A stretch of DNA of 64,000 bases from Caecitellus pseudoparvulus (Eukaryota > Protista > Bigyra: Bicosoecida): assembly GCA_965644315.1 (NCBI GenBank), contig CBFFRQ010000018.1, positions 744,001 to 808,000 of the forward strand, read 5' to 3'. Below the pieces are notes generated by a model. That model was not told where the DNA came from. It ran no database searches and saw nothing but the letters and a program-made list of their open reading frames with translations. How positions within the stretch are numbered: position 1 is the stretch's first letter; every line of letters begins with the position of its first letter. Made by a program: the position numbers and the translations under genes. This document shows positions 22,729 through 33,177 of the stretch, in pieces.

Positions 22729-24054
22729 GAAGGGTGTCTCTGCGCAGCGCCGAGAGAGGCAGGCGGCGTGGAGGCCTGTCTTCACCCTGCGCAGTCGGTG
22801 TCGTTCATGCCGACTGAAAGGCCTCCCCAACCCACCGCGCTGTCGCGTCACACAGTGTGTGGCGGGCAGGGCCTCGCAGTCTGCAAGTATCGTTATACAC
22901 TTACCTGTCCTTGCTGCTCTTTTCGGCGGTCGTGCAGAGGAGGAGGTCCTGGCGCGCCAGGGGCAGGGAGGGTGTGTCTCGGTGCGCCTCGCGCTGGGCG
23001 TCAAGGAAACCGTGCTGAACAGCTGCAGGGCAGGCGGCGCAGGCGAAACTGGGGCTCTGAGAAGCTAAACAGCGCGGCAATCCTTGGTTCGGGTCGACTC
23101 GGGTTTTGGTTTTGGACGTGCGGTTTGTCGGCGAGTCAGGCAGGGCCAGGTTCCCCGCCGCCATCTGCAAGGCGGCGGCGGCAGCAGGCCGACCCCAGCC
23201 GCCCCCCCCCCCGGCACAGGTCTCACAGAAACAAGGTTGTGCGTGCGGAGTGGAATCGGGAGCATGGGGTGGGTGGCCAGGTCCGGGAAGGCAGCGCCCG
23301 CGAAGGCGGCGTGTTTAGGAAGAGAGGGGGGGTGCAAGCCCCCCCCTTCAGCCCGACGGCGCCTGCGCGGGCGGCGTCGTTGGAGCGGAGGCGGCCAAAG
23401 AGTGAGTCAAACCAATGCAAAACATCCAACTGAGGAGGTTGAGGGTGGTTCGGCCGTGGCAGCGGCCAAGTTTCGTACCACTCTAGCACGTGCTTGCTCT
23501 GGCGCCCTGGAGGTTTTGCGAACCCTTTGGGCGTTGCAGATGCTGCTGCAGCAGCGTGAGGGCCAGCGAGAGGCGGCGCGAGGGAAGTTGGGCTTCAGGC
23601 GCTGCCACGCAGCTGCGTGGGCGCTGCCAAGGGGGAGCCTAGGCTGAGGCGAGAGGTGGGCCCTGCAGCGTTTGTACCAACCTGGCAGAGGCGCGGTGGG
23701 TCGGCGTGTGCGACGAGCATCGGGCGTGGTCCGGGGAGGTTTGCCGTGGCTGGTTGGAGCGGGGCGGCGGGAGGAAGGTGCGCACGCGGCATCGATGCGC
23801 TAGCGCGCAGTCGAACGGCAGAGCGGCGTCGAAATCACCAAATTGCTCCACGATTGAACCTTGTCTGTGCTAGGGCACGCCCCATTCTGCAGCCAGTAGG
23901 CTGATGTCAGCACGAAGGGAAGAAATCCTGTGGGTGATGGTGTGCCCCAGCGCAGCTACATCTTCCCAGCCGTGGCGCTGCGGGGAGTGAAAACCAGGCA
24001 GGCATGCATTCAGTATGGAGACGAAAAGCCAATGACAATCAGGGGCATGCTGCG

Positions 24055-26559
24055 TCACCTCCTGCGTGGCAGAAGCTGGCGAGCTGGGGGCAGAATGGGC
24101 ATGGCGCCCGGCAGGGCTGCTGTTGAGGAGTACGGGCGTGGATAGGCATGGTCGCGTTGCGCAGAGAAGGACTGCCGAGTGGTGCCCATCACGCTCACTG
24201 AGGGAGCAGGGTGGACGGCTGGCCCTGTTGGCATGGCGGTGCGTACGGGGCCCTGTGTGTGCCAGGCGGGGCCGCTTGGCCACACTCGCGCATGCATGGC
24301 GCCGCCCACAAGGTGGGCATTGGGAAGCGGGCCCATGTCTGCTGAGACCGCAACAGAAAACGACGGCTGTGCGCCAGAGCGGGGTGGAGGGCCTGCTGCG
24401 GGGGCGGGGGGCATGGCAAAGGTCCCACTCGATGGAGGCTGCTGCAGAGGTGCACTGACAAGCGTTGCCAGCGCGGCAGCTGCCTCGGCTTCATCACTTT
24501 CAGACGCACCAGTGCTGCTGGCAGAGCAGTTGTCTGGCTGAACCATACCTGACAGCCGCACTCTGATGCGGGGAGAAGGCTTGGTCTCCTGGTGAGACTG
24601 CTCGGGGGCGCGTGAACGTTTCTTGCCCCGTGGGCCACGGCTGGCGTGGGCTGCCTGCACCGCGGCACTCGCTGCTGCGAATGCTGCGGAGGACAGGGAC
24701 CCCACGGGCCCTAAACCTGCCACCTCGGGGATGCTGGGTGCTCCAAAACGGGACACCAGCATGCGCTCTCTCGCAATGCGCTCTTTTTCGAAGCGGTCTT
24801 CGCGACGACTCAGTTTGGCTGGGGGAGGCGCTTGAGGAGCCACTGTCCCCACCCCACCAGCCGCACTGAGCACTTCAAGGGCGTCATCCACCTCTTCATC
24901 TGTGCTCCCATCGGACAGCATGTCTGTGTCATGCCTGCCCACCGGCGCGCCGGCTGGGAAGCCGCCGCGTGTACACGCAGCAGCACTTGAGGGATGTGCT
25001 GCCGAAACCTCAGATGGCCGCGTGCAGACTGTGCCAGGTGCCCGAACATATGCTGCCTCCTTTGGGGGGATGAGGACTTCCGAGGGGCCTTTGGTGGCGG
25101 CCAGAGCAGCGAGGAGCTGCGGCTGTATGCCCGCCTCTGCCATGTCGGGCTGGGGCATCGTCTGCAGCCCGAACATGTCCGTGAACGCCTGCAAGCTCGG
25201 CACGTGGTAGGGTGGCTGAGCAGGGGCATTCTTGCCAGGGGTTGTCTTCAAGCTAGTCTCTCGCTTCGTCACAATGAAAGGCGGCGGCATGACCTGCACA
25301 AAGTCAGTGGCAGTGCTGCCCTCGTCGCCACGCCGCAGCGTGGGCACCGTCCACAGCAGGCGCAGGGCCTTGTGGCCCACGTCCGTGGCAAGGGGCAAGT
25401 GTGTCAGAGAGATCAAGACGTAGGCAACACCTGCCTGCAACTCGCCGGGCGCTAGCGCCTGGCGGAGGTTGGCAATCAGTGCTGAGTCGGGGATTTCCAT
25501 TTTGGGCGCCAGCAGCCCGCGGCCTTCCTCCCGCTTCACGACGTTGTGCTGTGCCACAACCACCGACCCAGCGAATGGGCCAGTCTTCAACTTGTACAGG
25601 ACGCTTGCGACTGTGAGGCAGGGGCAGGGAGGGCGGGTGTTGAGGGCGGCTGGTGGCGCCTCGGCGCGGGCGGCAGGGCGCATGCGAGCTGCGCCACGCA
25701 CCAGCGTTCACGATGCACAGCTGGCCGTCCTTGTTGCAACGGGTGACAGTGTTGTACAAGTGGTGGTGCACAACAGCGGGAGTGAACATTTGCAAAAACA
25801 CCCGGACGCTCTGGGTGTGCTCAGGGGAACCTGGGGCCAGGGCCGGCTCCCAGTCGGCAAGGGCATGCTCCTCCACCGTGCGCAGCATGTCAGCATCTTT
25901 GTGCACTGCGAGCTGCATGACCAGGCGTTCCTGCGGCTGCACGGGGGCCGTCACGGCGACCATGCACGCCCCGAAGTGCCGCAGGAGCTTGGAGTCCGTC
26001 GCCGCAGACATATTCTGCCGCACTGTCAGAACGTTGCCCCCGGTGGTGTCCGATGGGATCGGGTGTGGCCCCATGAGCTCTGTGCTGCGGTGCTCAGCTT
26101 CCTTGACCCGATCGAACGCGATGAGCGGCTGGCATGACAGCTGCGCCACTCGAAGCTCTGCCCGCTGCTGCTCAGGCGGTGGGGGCACAGTCACAAGGGC
26201 CGGCTGTGAAAGGGGGGCGAGGGGCAACCGTGATGGTGCACTTCAAGCAACTGCCTCAACGCCACGCCGGACATGAGGGCGCAGGCCCAACGACGAACAA
26301 CGGCATGGCCAAGAATGGCCAGCGTGTAAACAACAACCGCTATGGTGCTGCGATGCCTCGCTGTGTCGCGTGGGAGCGCCGGCGGCGCGGCCGGGAAGCG
26401 GGCATTGCAAGCCCGCCGGGGCACGCCAAGCAGCGCAAGCACAGTCACCCCCAACGTTACGGCACACGAGCGCGCGCGCCGCCGCTGCCGGGCGCCAGGG
26501 GGGCGGAGGGTGGTCGTAAGACGACGTACATTGTAGTTGGGGGGGTCCTGGCTTGCCAT
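24055..26559 (-). CDS. Hypothetical protein: globular beta-rich N-half plus disordered C-half with NLS (possible transcription factor); 3 exons
   Basis: Exon 1 MASQDPPNYN, intron 26529-26204, second intron ~25701-25612. Basic RGKKRSR motif and an AAAALATL helix in a low-complexity tail. Confidence 0.6.
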
Positions 26560-27744
26560 GGTGCCTCGTGCTTGCGGCGTTGCCAGTGGCGGCCTTGCTG
26601 CTGGCGGCAGTGCTCTGCGTGGCACAGGTGGTGCCGACAGCCACGTTGCCGCTGGGGCAGCTCCTCGTTGCGGCGCGAAGCTGACCAGGGGGGGGAGAAG
26701 GCGACTGCAAGGGATGTTCGGAGGAGGGTACTGGGGATTTGAATTTGTCTTGCAGATGTGGATGCTGGCAAGCTGTGGTGCAGCGAATGCTGGCCGCTTG
26801 GCAAGCTTCGGCCCCACCAACGCTGACGCCACGCTGCATCCCACGGGGCCAGCTGAAGGCGACATGGGCTGCTGCCTGCTTATTACTGGACGAATTATGG
26901 CGTACACGCACAGCGGAGCCTGCAGCGATGGCCGCAGTCTGTGCAAGTTGCGCAGGCGTTCCCTTTCTCCTAGCGCCACTCGCGCAGAATGAGAGGCCAG
27001 TACCTGGGCTCTAAGCGGGCATGGTGGGCAACGGGGCGTGTATCTCCTCTGGAAGTATGCGATTGGTGTCCAGTCACATTCTTGCTTCGCCTGGGCGCCT
27101 CTTCTATGGCCTAGGCGGGCATGCTAGGTGAGGTGGTCTGGCGTTTCACTCGTGCTGGCACACGCACTGGTGCCAAGGCATGGCCCTGAGCACCCGGATC
27201 ACGGCGCGAACGATCTGCCGACCTTGCACACACAAAGTTACTTCATGGTGCTGTTGGGTGTGCTCTCGCGGCGTCCGCATTGGCTTGGGTGCGTCACCTC
27301 GACCCGTGGCCAGCGACGGTTGCTTGAAGCCGCTGCGCGGAGGAGGGGCAGTGCTCAGGTACAGACAGGGCTCCGGGACGGGACGCACAGGGGCTTTGGA
27401 TCGACCAGTGTTCCCCTGTCGTTCAGGCAAGTGACGGGCGCACGTCGTCCCGCAGCATGAGGATCCGCCAAGTTGAAGTGACGTGCCCTTGCAGTTCCAC
27501 TAGCGCCTCCGTCCTTGGGCATGGAGAACCGTAGCTGTAGCTACGCCCAAGTTCATGCCCTTGCCCTCGCCGAACTGCGCCAACTCACGGCCTGTGGGCA
27601 GCGCCGCAACGCAGTGCAGATGACCCCTCTTGCACACGCTCCTCCACACCACATTCGCAAGGCCGCACTTGCCAGGGCACACGCTCCGCACCTCCACCAC
27701 TGCTCCGAGTCACACGCTCAGTCTGTTGATTGAATGCGACAACC

Positions 27745-29279
27745 ATGCAGGCAGTCCACCGCTTTTTCGCCGACTGGGTTCGCAACTCGGAGCCTTTTGT
27801 TGGTCGCTTTCAACGCGTGCGTGCCTCGCCCTCCGCCTGCACAGGGCATGGCTGCACGACCACAGCGTGGGCTGCTCTTCGGCTATGGCCCTCGCTGCTA
27901 CTCCTTGGCAGCGGGGCTGGCCTTGGCACGAAAGTGAAAGCGCGCTCCACACTCACAACTCCTGCTGACCCGCACAGGCCTGCGGCGTGGATGCACAGCT
28001 AAAGCGCGGGGCATGGCCTTTGCATGTCATCTTCACAGTGGGTGCTGCTCTTGGGAATGAGACCTTTGCCATCTCCTTCTACCCCCTGCTCTTCTTCCTG
28101 TGGGACTTGTGTGTGGTGAGTGCTGCAACGCTGCTGAAACGCCCCCCCACCATCAACACCTCCAACCACGCCGCTGCTCAGGCTCGCAAAGTCGTGTACA
28201 TGTGGGTTGCATCTTACATCATTGGGCAGTCGTTGAAAGACATTGGGCAACTTCCACGGCCGAGCGAGGGTGCCATCGTGGCCAGACTTGAAGGTCACTA
28301 CGCAGCCGAGTACGGCATGCCGTCAACTCACGCGATGACGGCATGGTGCATGCCGACGTACATGGCGTACCTGGCATATGGAAACATGCCCGAGCCATGG
28401 CATTGGTGGGTGGTGGCTGCCCTCGCAGGCTGCTGGGTGTCCGCCACCACCCTGAGCAGGCTGTACATGGGCGTGCACTCCCCAGCAGACTTGTGGTGCG
28501 GCAGCGCCTTGGGCCTGGCACTGCTGTGCTTGGGCATCGCTTTCATGGACGCCGCCGATGCTTGGGCTTTGCACCACCCCTGGGCGCCCATCCTCATCCC
28601 CCTGGGTGCCATCCTTACCGCGTGGCTGTACCCGCGCTCAGCCACCTGGTCCAACAGCGCTGGGGACACAGTGCTGGTGATGTCTGCCGGGACAGGGGTC
28701 ATCCTGGCCTCTTTCACGAACCGAGACGCCCACACTGCCACATGTGCAGCGCCCGTGCCGCCCGTCACAGCCCCCACCCAGCTCCTACGTGCCGCGCCCT
28801 TCCTAGCCCTGGCCCTCACCATCATCATCTTGGGGCGCTCTGTGACCAAGGCCGTCGCCCTGCCACTCGTGCGGTACATCGTGCACTCCCCCGCGTACAC
28901 AGCCTGGGTGCAGCCCTCCCCTGGGCCAACAGCCTTTCAGAGCCGCATGACCTCTGACGGTACGGGTGAGGCCTCTGCCTTGCTGAGTGGGGAGGAGACT
29001 CCCGCGTCGCACGCACAGCTGCGGCGGCGCAAGGGTGCCAAAGAAGCCAATGGGCCAAGTCAAGGCACTGGCCACCAGGCGCTGCACACGGCAGAGCATG
29101 CACCCGGCAGCCCGGGGGCTGAGTATGAGTGGCGCTATGACATCGAGCTGCCGGTGAAGATGATCGTGTACTGCGTGGTGGGCTGGAACACAGTCTTCAC
29201 CAGCATTGTCGTCTTGCAGGCCTTGGGCTTCAAGGACTTTGGGTACACGAACGGGACCCTTCCTAACCTGCTCACTTGA
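27745..29279 (+). CDS. Sphingosine-1-phosphate phosphatase (PAP2 family)
   Basis: LGNETF, KDIGQLPRP, EYGMPSTHA and SRLYMGVHSPAD (three PAP2 motifs of the SGPP/Lcb3 type); multiple TM helices. Confidence 0.92.
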
Positions 29280-29479
29280 GCCAGGGGCTGCGCCTCTCTC
29301 GCCGCACAGTGAACGGTGGCGATCAAATGTACGTACCTTGCGCAGATGTCATGTCTGCCTAGCACCCCCACGCTCATGCACTGCACCGCCATTCCTTAGT
29401 AAGGCGGGTCGTGCTTCCCGCTTCCGCCTGGCCCTGCTCGCCTTCCGGAAGCCAGACTCGTACCAGGCACCACTGCAAC

Positions 29480-31349
29480 ATGGCGGCCACCGCTGCGCCT
29501 CAAAGCGGGAAGGTACACCGTCTTAACACCTACGATGAAGCCCTGGCAGCTGTCAAGCAGGGAAAGTTTGCCATTGTTGTGGTACGTCCAGCGCTTGACG
29601 CGTGGGGAGCTGTAATGGCCTGTTGAGGGTGATGGGCAGGCATTGTGAGCCATTGTGGCGACACTGGCATCCCCAACCACTCTTCATGTGAACATTACGC
29701 GTGTTGAATGGCCCGTGTGCCGCTGCCGCCGCCGCTGCGCCATGCAGTGGGGGTGTGATGTGGTCGGCGAGAATTCCGCACCTCGCCCGATTTCCGCACC
29801 CCGCCGACGGCCGCACCTTGCTCAGGACGACGCCAGCCGGGAAAATGAAGGCGATTTCATCCTCCCTGCCAGCATGGCCACGCCTGATAATGTCGCTCTT
29901 CTCCTCCGACACTGCACTGGACTGGTATGCGCAGCCATGCCACCCGCCACGTGAGGGCGGGCAGGAATCTGAGCCGTGCCGCGCTCCTGACCCACCATCC
30001 CCTTCACGGCGCCCCACAGGTGCAAGGCGCTGGGCTTGCCCCTCATGGTCCCTGACAACGAGATGACAGACCCCCTTCGCACAGCCTTCACAGTGTCTGT
30101 GGACAGCGTGCAGACGACAACAGGCATCTCCGCAACTGACCGAGCCTCGACGCTGCGAGCGTTGGGCGACAGCGCCTCCACACCCGCCACATTCACCCGG
30201 CCGGGGCACATCTTCCCACTGCGTGCGCGCACAGAGGAAGGTGGCGTCCTGGCCCGCAGGGGGCACACGGAAGCTGCAGTGGATATTGCGCTGGCGGCGG
30301 GGGCGGGCAGCGTGGGCATGCTGTGCGAGGTGTGCGACCCCCACACCAAGGAAATGCTGCGGCTGCCTGCCTTGGCAGACCTGGCCCAGCAGTGTCACCT
30401 ACCCCTCATCTCCATCGAAGACATGGCCGTGTGGCGGGCGCGGCGGGAGAGCTTGCTGCGCCCGCAGCGTGTCTTGGCCTCACCCACATCTGCCACCCAC
30501 ACCTTCCGCGGCGCTGTGACCTTGAGCCCAGAGGGCTTTGCTGCACCCCGTGTCAGCGTCATCCTACACCTGGCTCAAGCTCCGGCTGGTCACGGGTTCC
30601 CCTCACGAGGGCCCCTGCCAGGTGTGCAGGCTCCCTTGCCCGTGTACGTGCATGCAGAGGCGGCAGGGGAGGTGGCGGTGGGGGAGGGTGCCGCCCTCGT
30701 CCAGCAACTGCGTGCGATGGGACCCGCGGATGCGCCCGTGCAAGGGGAGGCCAGCGAGCTCTCCCAGCACTTGGTGACGTCTGCTGTCGTGGTGCTGCAC
30801 GCACAGGGCGGGCTGGTGGCTGACTTTGCGGGAGCTGCACCTGCCGCCCCCGCTGAGCAAGAGCAGCCAGCGACACTGGTGACGGCATACCACTGCCCGG
30901 CACCACCCGCAGTCGCATCTGCCCTGGAAGGCGTTCTTCTGCCCGAGGGCTGGACCCAGCACCTGCCCACTGCCCTTCTGCATACGGAGAATGCCCAACT
31001 GCTGTCCACACCTGCATCTGCCTTGGCGGCGCAGGCACTTAGCCATGCGCTGGCGGAGCACTGCGGCGTGGCGCCTGGCACGCCTGTGACAGTGCCTGTG
31101 TCATCGGTCATGTGGCGTGGCGACTGTCTGCGCATGCCAGTGCCGCGTCTGTGGGCGCTGGGGACGCCTGGGGCGCCTCAGCTCCTGCAGCAGGCAGCAC
31201 CCGCACCGGCCCTGCCCGGCACCCTGCCGGAACCTCAAGCCCCACTCGAACACGGTGCGGGTCATGACACTTCAGCTCCTTGCCTGGACATTGCATTCGA
31301 CGTGTGCGAGACTCTCTCGGTGCAGCCTGACACAGTGACCAGGGGGTGA
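29480..31349 (+). CDS. RIB3: 3,4-dihydroxy-2-butanone-4-phosphate synthase (RibB/Rib3) with degenerate GTP-cyclohydrolase-II-like C-terminal domain; 3 exons
   Basis: DDASRENEGDF, TAFTVSVD, TTGISATDRA, FTRPGHIFPLRA, GGVLARRGHTEAAVD, LCEV. Introns 29582-29825 and ~29951-30019. Confidence 0.93.
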
Positions 31350-31357
31350 TTCCACGC

Positions 31358-32668
31358 TCACATGCGTCGCAGCATGTGCTGAGCAAATACATGAAGAAAG
31401 TCGAGGCACTCGCCGAACCACGAGATGAAACGTGGGCAAGACATGCGGTTGTGGTTCAGGAGGTACCCTAGCGCGTCGTCCCAGCGAGCCTGCAGCGTCA
31501 ACCAGCCACCCATGGCACGCAGGCTGGCCAGCATGACAACCTCTGGCGACGGGGCCAAGCCCTCCGCGGTCAGGGCGGCGGACCAGGCGTTGTATGTGGC
31601 CCACACCGCACTAGAGTTCGAAGTGTCCACTGCCTGCTGCAGAAACACGGCTTCCAAATGCGCAGACGCGTTCGCAGGCCGCTGCTCCAGCCCCAGCTCA
31701 GTAGCCGCGCGTGGCGTGCCAAGCCACGCCGGGTCTTGCGAGAGCGCTGCAGCGCGAAAGGGCACCCGGGCATCCTTGACTTCGCTCGCCACCAGCATGC
31801 GGTGCTGAAAGGCCGCCAGTGCCGTCCAGGGCGCAGAGCCAATGGTGGCCATGGACAGGAGGAGCGGCAAGGACTGGTGGCGCAGGGCAAGCTGCGCACG
31901 CAACTGTGCTGATACAGGGGCCTGCACATGTGCTGCATAGGCTGCCATGCCTCCGTGTTCAGCTGCAGCCCAGTCCTCGGGCAGGGCTGCCAGCAGCATG
32001 TCGTCCGCTGTGACTCCGCCAAGGCCAGCGTCCGCCCCCCACTGCATTACCGCGTCAAGGTGGCCCCGCACTCCCGTGTGAGGGCTGGCGATGGACACAA
32101 ACAGCTGAAAGTGAACCCGACGAGACACTGCCATGTCCGCGAATCGATCCAGCCCCCTCCCCGTCGGCGCTGGCTGGCCAACGTGCAGAGGCAGCAGCAA
32201 GCCCGCTGCGTAGCGCATGTACGCGCCTCCCAACGACATGCCCACCAGAGAAATGTGACTCACATCAGGGTGTGCCGCGAGGACATCTGCAATCTCGTGA
32301 GCCAGTCGAGTCCCACCTGCAGCCACTCCGTCCGTTGTGCTCTTCAAGCTGCCGAACGGCAAAGTGCCTGCGTTCGCAGCGCAGTTGTGAACGAGAAGTG
32401 GGCAACCTGACTCAGGTTGTCCACCAGCGATTGCGTCCGCCACATTTTGCAGAGCGCGTGGGGCACCTAACAGGCCATGCGAAACAAAGACAGCATGCTG
32501 TGTGCAGCTTTCCGGCATCCTTGCCGCGACTTTCGCTGCAGCAGGCACTTGTGGCTCGACTGGACCAGAAGTAATTTCCGCTCCCGAGCCCACGCTGGCG
32601 ACCTCTGCCCTGACCATGTGCAGGCCACAAACCTGCACAAACGCAAGTGCCATCAAGAAAGCTTGCAT
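31358..32668 (-). CDS. Secreted DUF676-type alpha/beta-hydrolase (putative lipase)
   Basis: Signal peptide; VFVSHGLLG oxyanion motif, ISLVGMSLGGAYMRYA nucleophile elbow, SIASPHTG, DARVP, late His (NHNRM). Confidence 0.85.
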   Translation of the reverse strand: MQAFLMALAFVQVCGLHMVRAEVASVGSGAEITSGPVEPQVPAAAKVAARMPESCTQHAVFVSHGLLGAPRALQNVADAIAGGQPESGCPLLVHNCAANAGTLPFGSLKSTTDGVAAGGTRLAHEIADVLAAHPDVSHISLVGMSLGGAYMRYAAGLLLPLHVGQPAPTGRGLDRFADMAVSRRVHFQLFVSIASPHTGVRGHLDAVMQWGADAGLGGVTADDMLLAALPEDWAAAEHGGMAAYAAHVQAPVSAQLRAQLALRHQSLPLLLSMATIGSAPWTALAAFQHRMLVASEVKDARVPFRAAALSQDPAWLGTPRAATELGLEQRPANASAHLEAVFLQQAVDTSNSSAVWATYNAWSAALTAEGLAPSPEVVMLASLRAMGGWLTLQARWDDALGYLLNHNRMSCPRFISWFGECLDFLHVFAQHMLRRM

Positions 32669-33177
32669 CTTGGACGAAGCTGTTTAGGATTGCGATGCCG
32701 GGGAAGGCTGACTCCGTGGGCCGCAGGTTCCAGCAACGCTGCTGGGTCGCGGCACTGCTTCTCTGAGAAGCTGGCACAGCGCGATTGCCGTCGGGATTGA
32801 TAGCGAAAGCAGTGCTTGAAGCTGAGAGAAGGACTGGGGGGGGGCAAAGCCCGTTAATGTATCGGGCATTGGTGTTTGCTCGATCCGCCTCGCTGCGCCT
32901 GCGCCACATTGCCAACTGGAAGCTATTCGCTGACGCACACCTGCACCACACATGAAAAACCCACACTTGAACATATCCTAAGTGTCTCACGGGAAATCTC
33001 CTGCGCTTGCCTGTTCATGCACACCCGTCATCTGTGCGTTGTGAGGTGGTGGGCCGACACAAACTGCCACACCTCAACTTCCGCACCTGGCCGTGGGCGC
33101 TGCCTGCGGCTCCTGCTGAGCTGTTGTAGGCGTTGGATTGTCAGCATTTGTAGAGGTATAGCACTACCTGGGCTGTC

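Noticed and set aside
26204-26529. 326-nt intron as a snoRNA host
   Set aside because: No C/D boxes, rRNA-antisense guide or clear H/ACA layout seen.
26980-27700. Short ORFs in the divergent intergenic region
   Set aside because: No recognisable protein or splice pattern.
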